A stretch of 54,230 nucleotides of DNA, filler included, from Sphacelaria rigidula (GCA_964200075.2; 5 parts of 5 records of this genome joined end to end with filler, not necessarily neighbours in it), one strand, 5' to 3'; positions 1 through 12,739 are shown, counted from the whole stretch's first letter. The notes: a model not told the origin generated them from the letters alone. Program-made: numbers and translations.

Positions 1-200
1 CACTCAAACACCAAGCGCGAAGCGCTGTGGTGTGTTCGGCGAGTCGCATGAAGGGTGAGCTGCATCCTGCTAAGATTGTTCCGCCCGAAGCGTACCGACT
101 CATCTTGCATTTGGATGACAGCCAACAATGAGTTGCTCTATTATCTGGTATCGCCACTTCCAGAGACAGCCACATCTTATACACTGCCTCATGGGTGTCC
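1..200 (+). repeat. Fragment of dispersed non-coding repeat family A
   Basis: gagtcgcatgaagggtgagctgcatcctgctaagattgttc...ggtatcgccacttccagagacagc recurs reverse-complemented at about 10395-10590, 22820-23030 and 24215-24420. Confidence 0.85.
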
Positions 201-1229
201 AACCAAACGGTGGGGGGGGAGGCGGGGAGTATTTTCGGGGCAGTTTTGTCTTTGCCACATACAACTTACGCATCTATATAATCTATAGTATATAGTGAAA
301 ACGCCCCACACGAACTTGTGTGCTCGGTAAGCACAGCTCTTACTTGAGGTTTCACTAAGCAAACGAAGCGAACCGCATTATCGAGCGCCAGCACTTCCGG
401 ATAGCGCTGAATTCAGAGGGGAGGGGAATGCTGTCAGCGACCTACCTCAGATAGGGACATTTGATGCGTCTCTTGGTTTCCCCGTTTTTTCCCGCGAGAG
501 CTGTATTGGGCCAGTATGTGCCACCTCTGGAAACGTGAACATCGGGACCACTGCAAGACACCAGACTGTTCCTTGGCAAATATACTTTCGATTTGTAACA
601 GGGGTCACTTGACACCGCCCGCCCACCCTACGGCCGCCATCCAGGTGTATACTTCGATATTTTTACTGGTGATGACACGATACGCTTGACGTCCGTTGTA
701 ACACAACCAAGAACGTTGTCAGAACTTGGGAGAGTTGATGCTTTTCGCAAACAAAACGGCGTACTCGATGAGGCCACTTCATGTCCATCGCGCACTACGT
801 TCACCAATTCCGAAACATAGAACGCCGTTTGGGATTCCGTAAGGGAGCTCAGTGGGATCGATCGCGTCCTGTTATCCCCTCGCCCCCCCCACCCGCCCCC
901 TCTTCCCCAAGGTTTCCTGCCCTATCGGAGTTGTGTGGTCTTGGATAGTGTACTATAATTAGTAAGGACCCCGCGCTGTGTAGGTTGTCATATGCTACGA
1001 GGTTCCCCTTCGGGAGGTAAGATTAGTGCTTCTCGGGAGTGACGCAAGAACGCCAATCAACGGCACTGAGGGCTGGTTTACCTTGCGCACAGCCGTGGTA
1101 GTGCAGGCTTCCTTGTCTCTACGACACTTTGAGTATTCTCCACCCCGCTGCTGTGTTCAAGGGATACAGTGAACCAGCCCGCTGCCAAAATATTATGGGA
1201 TTACCATCATCTGAATCGACTTCAGAATT

Positions 1230-1900
1230 CAATCTATCGAGTTGTTGGACATTTGATCGAGGTTGACTTACAATCGACTAGGAACCCATCTGATGAAAAA
1301 TGGACCGTGTCGGAGCACAGGTTAATATGCATGAAGCAGTCAAGTGTGCCATGGCTCGGTCCTTTGTCGGCCTGTCTGGTAATTTCAAGCTCAACAGCGG
1401 AGAGCCTTCCACGCTGGACACAGAGCAAAGCATAGGCACCGTCATCAGACGAGAAGGTGTCCGGGGGACGCGTCATCCCCATAGTACCGAAAGAAGGGCA
1501 TACTTCGACATGTGACCCACGTGAACCGTAACGCAAAAATCAATTAAGGGGAGGTAGTGTGATTCGTGATGGATCCGCAGCCCAAACGTCCGAGGCGCGA
1601 AGGTGTCGGCACCACGCTCGCCCAGAACACGCGTCCGTTGGTGATTGCAGCTTTTAACTTACCGCCCGTGTTCGGAGACGTTTGGCGGCCCGGAGAGGAG
1701 GTTTACGACTTTATTGGCGAATTGGCGACACATGCCGCAGGGGGGGGACGGCCGACGGTCTCTTTCAAATAAAAGCTTCAGAGAGGAGACCCAGGTGGCG
1801 AAGTTAGCGGGTCCATGGGTAAACGTTTTCTTCGAGGGGATGTCAAAAGACTGCTGGAAGATAATCCAGATGGCTGGTTCAACACCAAAGACTTGAGATT
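1230..1900 (+). mobile_element. Degenerate 3' fragment of a CRE-like non-LTR retrotransposon (restriction-like endonuclease region)
   Basis: Frameshifted peptides GAQVNMHEAVKCAMARS, RDGSAAQTSEARRCRHHARP and ETFGGP/GEEVYDFIGELATHAAGG resemble the C-terminal region of RLE-bearing LINE ORFs; stops and frameshifts present. Recognised from memory, not by search. Confidence 0.55.
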
Positions 1901-2449
1901 GAAGCTTTAATTGACGTTGGATGATGTCTCAATGCATGTACACGTTTCATTTAATGATTTCGATGATTGAGTAGATATGGGTCGCTCAGAGTGTATACTA
2001 TTCTAGAGCGGTTGCGTAGTCTTCCTATGTTTAATGGTGGTATCTGTTCCATGTCTAGAGGAGTTACGTACTCCTTTTGTTTGTAGGTTGTCGGCGATGG
2101 GAGCTACACGCTATTCTGGCTTGAAATCACGGGTTGGGTTCAATTTTGCGACGCTGTTCGAAATCGATCAATACACATTATGACTGGCTTCGTCGAATTT
2201 TGAGTGACGATTTGTTGTAGAGAGCGAATGCGGATTGAGCAGCCGATCAACAAAATCAATGATGGGGCTTTCAATTGAGGATAATGACCCGAGAAATTCA
2301 AATCTCCGTATCCGCACCATTGCTTCGGAACATGGTTGCCTTACCTCACCCACTGGTGGGTAATGACAACTACAACACGCCATACGAACTTGAACGGATC
2401 ACTGAACTTCCCCAGCATGAAGTTTTCACCTTTTTTTTGTTTTTGCGCT

Positions 2450-2725
2450 ACTTGAGTTCATTTTTCGCACTTTGAACCATTTCCCTTCCTCGGGACGAGT
2501 CCACGGTCTTACAGTCTCAAGGAGTCAACCCATATTTCCCCGGTACACGCCTTGTACTTTGGTCTCGCGGCAGCGTTAACTCTCGTCAAATAAACTCAGT
2601 CTACTACTCTCTGTCTATTAAGTACTGACGCTTTCGACTGTGGAAATCAGATACTTCGAAGAAGAACCCCAACGCATCGGGAACCGAACCCGCGATCTCT
2701 CCAACCTAGTGGTGACAGCCGTGTA
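2450..2725 (-). mobile_element. tRNA-derived SINE-like element, degenerate copy
   Basis: Homologous to 38690-39010; minus strand has B-box-like GGGTTCGGTTCC, the shared body (ctcgtcaaa-aaactcagtc; cttcctcgggacgagtcc) and an A-rich tail. Confidence 0.65.
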
Positions 2726-2819
2726 ATGCGTGAGAGGACCGCGTGCTTAGAGGACCGCGCCGTAGCTCAAAACACCTCAGGGTCGACGTTTGTCAAAACC
2801 AATCGGGTCAGTCCCTGGA

Positions 2820-3080
2820 GGTACCACGCCCCTGGCCATAACCCCAACACTAACCCTAACCATAACCCCAACCATAGCGATGTTCAAATTCCGATGTTGT
2901 CCTCTATGCATGCGGTCTCTCACGCATTACAAGCCGGACCATCACACCACCAGGGCGCTCATCTAGGACCCCACAATTTTGGATATCGGGATCCAGATTT
3001 GTACGGCGTGTAGTGCTTATCAAAAGCTACCAGTAGGTGAAGGAATGTGACCACATTTTGAAGATTTGGTGTGGATACGA
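2820..3080 (+). repeat. Dispersed repeat segment with degenerate telomere-like (TAACCC)n tract
   Basis: accacgcccctg followed by taaccc variants at 2823-2875 matches 46527-46578; agctacca-taggtgaaggaatg...gatttggtgtggatacga matches 26877-26932. Confidence 0.65.
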
Positions 3081-3508
3081 TTTTGTTTTTTCCGACTTAT
3101 CCTCTATCTTGAAAATGAGCTGGCATTTTCGGGCTTCATCGCTTTTCTCAGAATGTTATTGTGCGATATGATGACTGGGATGTTTTCGGTGTGAGCACTA
3201 CTCCACAACAAGCCCACATTGTCGGATGACAAGCAAAACAGTCATGGGAGAAATGCACCTCGTTGAAGCAGGCTGTGTGTGGGTAGCCAATTTATTTGCG
3301 AGTGCCATTGGTTGCCTGTAGTTTGCTCGCACTCTTTACGAGATGCTTCACCCGCTGCTCTGTTGTTCATGTGTGTTGTTTCAGCAGCACATTTCGATTT
3401 TCGGATCGCCCGATTCTACATTTGTGAGGTGGAGTCTCGTGCGTACCGCTGTCACCATTTTATTTCTGCTCTACTTTAAGTGATTACGTATGTATCGTTT
3501 CTCTGACG

Positions 3509-3766
3509 TGTGACGAAATCGCGCCGTCACGTTGAGTATATAGTGATGATATGGATGATGGCTTGGGATCTGTAGTGATGATATCATGATGACATGGACA
3601 CAGGGGTGATACCCTGACGTGGTTTATGGAGCATGTGTGCCTGGGTGGCACTCCAGGATAATAAAAGGTGTTGTGAAGGCTAACAACTGAAAGCTGAGGC
3701 CAGTGGAACTGGGGAATCCCTCAACAGCATAAGACGCTGCAGTACTAGCACGCTGCTGGCGTCACA
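3509..3766 (+). repeat. 5' LTR
   Basis: Direct repeat of 7349-7575 with inverted termini; about 31 bp longer because tagtgatgatat... is duplicated internally. Confidence 0.93.
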
Positions 3767-4064
3767 ATATCGATCTTAGTGCTAGTTGCGCTAGTAGTAC
3801 TATCGTTGGTGACTGCTGGAAATGTTTCAGTAGAGAGGAGTGTGGACAGCTTCGGACATATTGCTTCACGGACGCGCGAGGAGGGTTCAAGCTGAGGTAG
3901 CTGCAAAGGCGGCTGGCCCGTGATTGATCCAGACTCGAGACTTGCTGGAGCTGCGTGCAGCGGGAGTTTATATGACCCCACGGCTGTGTGGTGCGGCGAT
4001 GGAGGCAGGTGTGAGTTGTGGAGTTCGAGGAGGTTCAGACGCCTTCGATTAGGTCCGCTCGGAA

Positions 4065-4990
4065 ATGTCGACCACAGAGGTACCGACCGAAGAGCCAGCG
4101 GAGACGACCGTAACCCCAGTTGTTCTGAGTGAAGAGTTGCGGCCTCCCAGTTACGGAAAATTGTATTCTGAGTGTGCTTCTCGTTCGTTTTATACGAAAT
4201 ATGTGGAATACAAAAAGTGGGTGGAGTATACGAATGCGGGGGGTGCGGTAAGGCATCAGGTGGTATCCGTGGCGCAACTCGTGTCTACCTCCCTCCAACG
4301 CGTTTTTGCGAGAAGATTCCACGAGAAGAACACGATAACGTCGCTGCAATTGGCTGCAGCGATCAAGAAGCATGCAGGGTATGCGGCGGGCGCTGAGGTA
4401 GAGCTAACCCAGGCGTATGCTGCCGTGGCGAAGGCTGTCGCCATGAACCACAAGGAGAATACCATGCGTGAGAGGGTGGAGCCAATCATGGGAAAGTTGG
4501 AGACATATTTTCCCGAAAATCCCAACGTCGAGATTGTTTATCGTTCCTCCGATGGGAAATTCCGTCCAGGGCCCGCTGCGGTGATTACGGAAACGATGAT
4601 GGAGGGTCTGGCACCGGCGGAATTCTAACAGGCCGTGCTTGTGCAATTACAGCACGAAAGCAATTGCAAGTCAGACGCGTACTTAGTTATGGATACCGTG
4701 GTGGCTGAGGCTCAGGCATGGCGGAAGATTGAAGTATTCGGGAAATCCTCCACTTCGTCGCGCAGTATTAGAGCTCGCGTAACCGCGGATCAAAATCCGC
4801 AGGCAGTGCCGCCGCCAACATCACTTGTTTTCCGTGTGACCAGGTAGGCCACTACGCACGCAAGCGCACAACGCCTTCCGAGGGGGAGTCTGGGCAGACA
4901 AGTGCCGCGCGCCCTCGTAATCACAAAGGCGGATCCTCCAGCTGTGGAGGAGTGCAGTCGAGTTTCCAGAAGCAGAACCAGCAGCAGAAC
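4065..4990 (+). pseudogene. gag: gag remnant with degenerate CCHC zinc knuckle
   Basis: 187-aa ORF continuing past an in-frame stop; ITCFPCDQVGHYARKR at about 4820-4870. Confidence 0.75.
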
Positions 4991-5660
4991 TAATGCAATT
5001 CCTGCACGCAATGAACTGGTTGTGTACCTCATTGCCACGTACGGCCGAAGTAGTAGTGCCCTTGCGCGTTTCCCTAGAAGAACTCATGGTGGGGGCTACT
5101 AGGCGCACGAAGCGGGTGGCCAAAAACCGCCTTATTCCGCCCGCATCGTGGACGGAGGACAGGCTGCAAGCATGGGCGGAAGCGAAGGATCTGGTGGCTC
5201 ATGCCGTGACGCTGTTCCATCCCCGTCCCGGTTGCCAGGTGCTGAAGTTTCCGGGTGCATCCGAGTGTCATTGAGGTAGTTTGTAACCCAGGTGCCTGAT
5301 GCAGAAATGCAACAACGGTTGCCGGTTGAAGACATGACGCATGGACCGCTGGCTTTTCTTAGTGGTATTTTCAAGGGTTCACAGATGCGTTGGGCAACCA
5401 CCGACAAGGAAGGGTTTGCTATCGTAAGCACTTTTGTCGTCCCGAGCATCTATTGTGGAATGGCGTGCACATTGTCACGGATCACCGCAATCTAGCGTAC
5501 ATTTCCAACCCGGAGGCATGCGTGTCGTCTGCGTCGAAGGCGTTGGCACAACGATTGGAGGAGTGGAAAGATGTATTAGGCCAGTATCGGTACACGATTT
5601 GTCATACTTCGGGTGAACGTAACGCGTGGGGTGACTTGCTGTTGCGCTGGGTAAATATTC
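4985..5660 (+). pseudogene. pol: RT thumb/connection and RNase H remnant
   Basis: ELMQFLHAMNWLCTSLPR...LFHPRPG...PLAFLSGIFKGSQMRWATTDKEGFAIV, then VTDHRNLAY and GERNAWGDLL: typical Ty3 RNase H motifs. Confidence 0.88.
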
Positions 5661-5814
5661 CCACTATGCCCGCGCGAGCTGTGACTGTATATGGTCCGTG
5701 TAAAGCGGATGATTCGATGCCGTCCAAATCTATGGTCCGCCGAGCTCAACGGAAAGACTTGGGGTCACTGATGCGGATGTCCAATGTTTCGAGTCGGATG
5801 TTGGTACTGCGATT

Positions 5815-7000
5815 TTGGACGATGAAGGTTTGTTTCGTGTGCATGTACGTGGCCGAAACGTGTTGTGGATTCCCACCTCCGACAAACAAATGCACATACG
5901 TTTGACGATTTGTGCGCACATGCGCGATGGCGGGCGTCGCGGTGTGGCTGCGACGCTCGTGTGCTTGCAAGCGTTTTTGTTTGGCAGGGAATGGAAACTC
6001 AGGTGCGCGAGTTTGTCCGACAGTGTCTTCACTGTGCTGATTCGAGGAAGGGTGATATTGTTCCCCGCCCGCTCGGTGAAACGGTCCATGGGACCACGTC
6101 GAATGAAGGCGTTCATTTTGACTTCTTGTACGTGGGCGAGAGCGACCCGCTAGCTTCCCAAGGTTTGTCGGAGGATGCTGGATTTCGATAAATTTTGGTA
6201 ATCATAAATTGTTTGAGGAGCTTTGTGGCTCTGGAACCAGTAGCAGTGTGTACTGCCGAATCGACGGCTGCATCTTTGCTGAATTGGTGCAAACCTTCGG
6301 GGGTGCCGCGTGTGTGGGTGAGTGATACCGCCAGGCATTTCAAGAACACGATCCTGAACCGCTTGCGAGGGGCACTACACGTTGATCACCGGTGTGCGGC
6401 GGCATATTCTCCTTGGTCTAACGGTACGTGCGAACGCATGGTCAAGGAAGGGGTTCATGCTCTTCGATCTATTCTTCTCGAGCAGCGTCGAGAAGTGACC
6501 GAGTGAGTGGACGTGTTGCCCGCGGTGCAATGGGCGTTAAATACAGCATACCGCCGTCGGTACGATAGTACGCCGTATCCCGTGGTGTTTGGTCGTGCAC
6601 CTCGGACGTCTCTCGGGGTGTTGGCGTCCTCATCGGCGGAGGAGTGAAACTGTGATGTCTTAGACGATGCGCACCTAAAGCGTGCGTTGCAAAGAGTTTT
6701 GGAGTTGTAGGAAAATTTCCACGTTCAAGTGCAGGAGCGTGTTGCCGCTTAACATGCGCGTAGACGTGAGGGGTCTTCGTCGGGGCTGAAATTGCCGAAT
6801 TTCGAGGTAGGCAGTTATGTTTTGTATGCACGCGTGCGTCGTCCGGGAGTTACGCCTAAATTGATGGTGACGTGAAGTGGTCCGTGGAGTGGGGATGGTG
6901 CTCGTCACGCATGTGTTTGAGATGCAAAACATTGTCTCGGGTCGTGTTCAGACCGCCCATGTAGCTCGTCTGCGTTTTTATGCAGACTCATAGCTTGGTG
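5815..7000 (+). pseudogene. Integrase remnant (HHCC zinc finger and DDE core)
   Basis: AHMRDGGRRGVAATL, FVRQCLHCADSR, VHFDFLY, WVSDTARHF, YSPWSNGTCERM; interrupted by stops. Confidence 0.9.
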
Positions 7001-7044
7001 TAACGGCAGACGTGAAGGATGTATTTCAGCACGCTTTCCACCAG

Positions 7045-7215
7045 GGGCAATTTTAGATCGCTGGGATTGTTCGCGTGGCAGAGGCAGAGGATCGTTTGTT
7101 GATCGTGTTGGTCGACTGGGTTGGTTTTGAAGTCGAGGAGCGTAGGTGGGAGCCTTTTAAAAAGATTTTCGAGGCCGCTCCGGAATTTCTCAAAAAGGAG
7201 TTACGTAAGGTGCGA
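7045..7215 (+). pseudogene. Integrase C-terminal chromodomain
   Basis: IAGIVRVAEAEDRLLIVLVDWVGFEVEERRWEPFKKIFEAAPEFLKKEL fits the chromodomain pattern LVxWxGF...xWEP. Confidence 0.8.
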
Positions 7216-7348
7216 ATGACTCGTTCCATTGCTGCTCGCATTACGCGTGAGTTTGGTATTCAGTTGCGACTCGCTCAATCGTTCTGGCGTTATGTTTTTG
7301 AATGTCAAGCTTGTTGCTCGATCCTCGTCCAACGCGCTTTGGGGGTGC

Positions 7349-7575
7349 TGTGACGAAATCACGCAGTCACGTTGAGTGTGTAGTGATGATATGGATAATA
7401 ACGTGGACACAGGGGTGATACCCTGATGTGGTTTATGGAGCATGTGTGCCTGTGTGACACTCCAGGATTATAAAGGGTAGTGTGAACGCTGACAACTGAA
7501 ACCTGAGGCCAGTGGAACTGGGGAGTCCCTCAACAGCGTTAGACGCTGAAGTACTGGCAACCTGCTGGCGTCACA
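7349..7575 (+). repeat. 3' LTR
   Basis: Direct repeat of the 5' LTR, preceded by a short G-rich tract and followed by TSD GACG. Confidence 0.93.
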
Positions 7576-7919
7576 GACGTTCCGATTTCTGCTGCACCTC
7601 TGCTCAGATATTGCACTGCTGCACTCCGGTGTTGTACGTGTACTTGAAACACCCCCCCACGGCACGTAATTTGACGGGTTTCGACATGTTCTCATGGTGA
7701 TCGTACCGCGAAATGCGTCCCCGAGTGGTAGAGACAGTTTCTACGACGTTTGGAGGTGATTACACCTGACACAGACATCGGCAAAGAAGCAGACATGACC
7801 GGGGACGAACCGACAATCCCATTTTGTGCCGCGCAGAAACACCGCGTGACAGAAATGAATGTCCGTGGAGAAATGTGTTTCCAAGGCTATTTTTTACGTT
7901 TCGTATATTGTGGGTGTCG

Positions 7920-8290
7920 TATTTTGCACTTTGGGTACATTTGGCACAGAATTTGGCCCCAAAGAGGAAGAAGAGGGAGAATATCGCCATCACACATCCT
8001 GGACGCCGTACTGTGCATCACACCGCCGAGAGGAGTCTAGCCCGATTTTGAGATTTTGCTGAGCTGCGAGGTTCCGATCACGGCCTGCGGAGGAAAATAC
8101 GGCTGAAATAATGAATGTGGTGCCTGCAGGTAAAATATTCTCATTTTAAGTGAAGACACCGCAAAAGGTACGGAGAAAAACTGAAAACACCGCATCTTAT
8201 CATGCTCGGCTGGAGTTTTGCTCGGAGGTCACTCTTCGAACCTCAGAGCCCAGCGAATCGGAAATGTCAGCTAGACTACTCTCAGTATGT
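7920..8290. mobile_element. Degenerate copy of the foldback/MITE family seen at 30654-31144
   Basis: gcatcacac...gagaggagtctagccc...gatt...gaggtt matches 30770-30830; an inverted partial arm lies at about 8230-8285. Confidence 0.55.
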
Positions 8291-8444
8291 GGGGGATGCA
8301 GATTATTCAGGACATATGACGGCGATATTCCCTTTTCGGGGGCCAATACCTGGATCGTATACGCTACAAATGGAACATCTGCCCCGCCCCCCCCTTCCTC
8401 GCACGCTCCCCATGGGTTTGGTGTCGGTTGAAAATGATGGTGAA

Positions 8445-8612
8445 AAACATGCCACTTGCTGCGTAAGCTAGGCAACCAGGTTACCGATTTCTTTCGCGCA
8501 CTGGCGCTTTTTTAGCGGTACCTATGACGGTGGTTGAGCTAGATCATATTGTACGGGCTGGGAGAACCTCAACTCCGCGCAAAGGAGATGATCGTACTAC
8601 ATGGTGTTTAAC
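8445..8612 (-). repeat. Fragment of dispersed repeat family A
   Basis: gcgtaagctaggcaaccagg...gagctagatcatattgt...gagaacctcaactccgcgcaaagg-gatgatcgtact is shared with 22650-22810 and 24065-24210. Confidence 0.85.
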
Positions 8613-10394
8613 CCTTTTGGAGCCGTTGATGGAAAATTGACGATTTACTTTTGACGTTTTTTCGGGCGAGAAATGGTTGTTTTTCTACAGCCTTTGAGCG
8701 AAAGATTCGCCCAAAGCGTGTTTTTCAGACCCGTACGAATGGAACGTGGAAGAACAGAAGGTTCGAAGGTTCTCTATTTTACGGGTATGACGAATTGTTC
8801 GACCCGTCGGTGTTTTCTAACCCCGGCCAGAGTTGCAGGGCTGGCCTTTCGTGAAGCAATCTTCACGCCGCACCTGCAGTAGATGCTTCGCACCGCATCG
8901 TAGCAAGCCTACTCCTAAGTTGCAGTAACAAAGGCGACATCCACGGCAAATTTACCCCATTTATGCCCCCGTCTACTGTCTGTATCGCAGACAGTCACCG
9001 TCAGGCCCTGTGGGAATGTGTTCACCTACTCCTCTGTCCTGCGCGTGCTCGTGATATTTTCAGCTTGTGTCAAGTGTAAACTCATGTCATGCACGCTACT
9101 GTACTCTGTCGTACGCGTTTATACCGCACCATACTGCGGTTTGATCATTCCATAACGGCGACGAGGGTGTCGTGTACCTCACCGTTATACATACTCCCGG
9201 TGCAGCGTAGGCGGGGGCCGGTACTTTGCCGTATCCGGTACAGGCTGTCACTTTCTAGGGTGTGATCTTACGGCATATTTCATCCTGCGCTTTGTGCTGT
9301 ACGTTCCCACGACATCACCTCTATACTGCGGGTTGGTCATGCCTGAACGTTGCACAGCCGTACTTCGTGCTGCGTGAGGTTTGTTACTCCGGCTGGCGCT
9401 ATGGCATTTGGACCGTCTTTCCTCGTGGGCGGCGTTGGGGTTTCATGCAATGATATTGCATACCTTCTGCCTTCTGGCGTCGAAGACCGTGATACGAGTA
9501 TCGTCATTCAGTCATACTGGACTGTAGTGAAGTGTTTTTACTGACTGTTGTTGTTGTAGTTGGATTGGGCTGGTTGCGAAAGGCCATCCCGGTCGGTTGT
9601 CGACCGTTTGCTAGTATATCGCCTGTTTGGACGCTTGCAATCACGTCCGCCTGGTGTCTCCTACATAATCCTGCGTGCCTGGCAGCGATTTCACTTGCCG
9701 CGGTTACTGTGTTGACGTTTGGTAAGCGAGCGGGGGGGGGCGGTGTGCGCCGGAGGGCGATGGGCTGCCCCAACCGCTCTTGCAGCTTTTTCAGCGAAAC
9801 GCCTGGCAGCGTCCTGGCCGTGCTTATCAGCTACCTTTTCCAGCTGAACGTGAATTGCATATGGGCGCTCTTCGGCGATTCCACATGTGGCGACGGGATT
9901 TCCACGTGCTCCGCCATATCATTGTCGCCGGCCGTATATTGTGGCTTCCCACTCTCGCGAAGTGTTGATGATTCAGCCCGCCAAAACGGTGCACCACTCT
10001 AAGTTCAAGTATACCAGTCCGCCACTCTAACTTCAAGTATGCGAATGTGACGGGTTCGTGCACCGAACTCGACTTGACGTATTTCACAGATTTTACGGGA
10101 AAAAAACACATGTATTATAGGAGTTAGTACTACTGTGCGAGAGTTTCGTCGATGCACACAATTGGACACACTTCGCCCGTCGCGTGATATCATTGGACGA
10201 ACCCAACCCGACCGCGCCTGGGTTTCGTTTTCGGTACATCCATGACGTGTGCGTCTGGAGTCTTCGTTGGTCTTTCGCAGTAAAAATGTTTGCCGTCGGT
10301 CTTTTCTGTTTCCATACTTTCTTCTTTGTCAGAGCTTCCCATAATGAGGCGTCTGGCCCGGGGACGGGAGGGGCGGATTCCAAAAGGGTCAAAT

Positions 10395-10640
10395 GGTGAG
10401 ACAGTGTATAGACTGTGGCTGTCTCTAGAAGTGCCGATTCCAGAAAATGAAGCAAGTCATTGTAGGTTGTCATCCAAGTCCAAGATAATCAGTGCGCTCC
10501 GGGCCGAACAATCTGAGCAAGATGCAGCTTACCCTTCATGCGACTCGCCGAGCACACTACGGCGCTTCGCGCTTGGTGATTGAGTGCGAGCCTGGTCGGG
10601 CGAAAACCCGCCGCCCCCCGTCCCGGCTTTGTGAGGATGC
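10395..10640 (-). repeat. Fragment of dispersed repeat family A
   Basis: Reverse complement of 1-200; same orientation as 22820-23070. Confidence 0.85.
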
Positions 10641-10767
10641 GAGAATGATGTTGTTATGGTATATGAGGGGCAGACTGCATTTGGAGCGGGACAGATTCGC
10701 TTGGTGACTTACCAATCATATCGCTCCATTTCGCTTGGGAATCGCCAGGGGAGTACTCTAAAACCAG

Positions 10768-10867
10768 NNNNNNNNNNNNNNNNNNNNNNNNNNNNNNNNN
10801 NNNNNNNNNNNTTAATTAATTAANNNNNNNNNNNNNNNNNNNNNNNNNNNNNNNNNNNNNNNNNNNN
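10768..10867. other. Artificial contig-joining spacer (N44-TTAATTAATTAA-N44)
   Basis: Exactly 100 nt with a 12-mer giving stops in all six frames; identical to three other spacers in the window. Confidence 0.97.
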
Positions 10868-12739
10868 CTATTGGGTAGGTATTGCGAAAGGCATTTGCTG
10901 ATGGCACAATTTTGGGCGATAAGCGTGAACCAGCCTGTACGTGAATCAGATGGCGCTGTTTAGAATCCGACCCCACTTACATGAGTCACACGCGAAATTA
11001 TCGAGGGCACTGCAGGCTGGAGAGTAGGATGCTGTTCCGAAAGATCAACGACCAGGAGTCAATCCGGTCTGTGCTGCTTTATGGCCGACCACCAGCTCGT
11101 ACGCCTAGCGTATTTCACCTTGGTTCATGGTTTGCGCTAACCGTGTGAGAGCCAGAGCTCAGAGGAGCCAAGCGACGCTCTGGGAATATCTGATTGCCGA
11201 CATCATTGTCTCGTTCCGGCTTGCCGACAGCGCCGGGAGGAAAGGTGTTTCCCCTGTGCCGATTCTCACGTCCTTCAGGCGGTAGTGTCATTCCCAAGCT
11301 CTATTGTGCGTCGACGACGTAGTCTGTTTTTACCCGAGGATTGCGGCTTTGCTTGTTTTTCTTGCATTATTCTTGCACTCTTCTTGTAGAGCGGTGGGAT
11401 GCATTCGCACCCACGCGTGGGTCCCCCTTCCGGCATTGAACGCATCTTCAACACGCGTGCCCCTCTGTACGCACGCTGCCATGAGCGGGAAGTAGGTTGA
11501 GCCGGGGGGGCTACATGACCGTCTCGAGACCAATGTTGGGATGTGAAAATGATCGCACACATGAACACTAGGTAGTCTTGGCGCTCACCCGCGCTTTGGT
11601 CGGACGAGGTTTGGTCCATGAAATCGAGCTATCATGTCAAGGCGATGAGGGAATTTCCGACATTTTTCTTCTATGCAACTGTTGAGCATGATGGCATCGA
11701 TGCTAAGAAGTATTGCCGCCCCACGCATATGTCGTGCATAGGTGCAGACCAACGCGCCATGGATACTGTACATGGTCGTTTGCCCCCAGCTCCGCCGTTC
11801 CTGCTTCCTTTACTGTCCATTCAACCCGTCGACTGTTTTATTGGGCCGACCGCAGTTGCCGGTCATCGGCCCAAATAGTGTAGAGGAGATGCTGAAGGAT
11901 CTGGCCCGAGTGGAAAGCGTGGGAACAGGCTCCAAGGCATGCCTGAGTTGATGACGGGGTAGAATCTACATCCCGCCCCGCAGCTTGGCAGCTGAGCGAA
12001 ATCGGTCAGCAAAGTTGCAACCGATGTACTCCATTGGTGACACATGCCAAACGTTCCGTGGTTTGAATGTTTTGTTTTGGGGGAGGGGGGGCGGGGCGTA
12101 AATGAGTTTGGTACGGCGACACCCTGTGCTGTCGATCGTGAAGGATGGGCGGGTATTTTCGGATTGTCCTCCTGATAACAAACGGGATTTGTGAATATTT
12201 GCAACCTATAATAGCGTAGCTCACAAAATAGAAAAAATCGCACCCAAGTCGTGATTAGTCTCGACCCTAGTAGAACGAGCGCAGACACTGGGCGTCACTT
12301 GCACCTCTAGATGCCAAATCGAGCCATGCTGACTCAATCCCGTGATTGCTCATGATAGCACTTTGTTGTGATTAATTACATGTATGGAATATACCCACGT
12401 GTTACACGTCATTTGGCGCACAGCGAACAACCCAGAGAGTACCGAGGGCGGGACGTGTAGTGGATGCCTAGGTGCTTCTCCCTTTATCGTCACTCTGTGG
12501 TATAGCACTCCGTCGTGCGCGGGTATCAAAGCTGGAGTTGCCGACGACGAAATCTGCCCACTAGCTGTCTGTTTGCAGAGGTCACTAATCCTACTTCACA
12601 CCAATGTTTCTTGTAAATTCTGAGCAAACCATCTCAGGTATGTATGTCCTTGGCTTTCTTACCGAGCCAGAAGTGAAATCGAGAAGCGTCACCCCTACGT
12701 CCGGTACCATCTATATACCAGCAGACGAGATTTAAAATT

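Larger units (their letters stand above)
3509..7575 (+). mobile_element. Ty3/Gypsy chromovirus-type LTR retrotransposon, degenerate and internally deleted
   Basis: LTRs 3509-3766 and 7349-7575, both TGTGACG...CGTCACA; 4-bp TSD GACG (3505-3508 and 7576-7579); gag, RNase H, integrase and chromodomain remnants in Gypsy order; many stops and frameshifts. Confidence 0.95.

Noticed and set aside
9000-10390. Long overlapping ORFs (156 aa, 126 aa) as genes
   Set aside because: No recognisable domain or consistent splice structure; possibly old TE sequence but not assignable.
1-10640. Inverted copies at both ends of contig 1 as TIRs of a 10-kb transposon
   Set aside because: The same sequence occurs internally on other contigs; it is a dispersed repeat at which contigs tend to break.
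10812-10823. TTAATTAATTAA palindrome recurring about every 10.87 kb as a biological periodic signal
   Set aside because: Always centred in N runs of fixed length; it is an assembly linker.
11016-11098. Additional upstream USP exon
   Set aside because: It has AG and GT borders, but the phase-compatible frame gives no USP motif.
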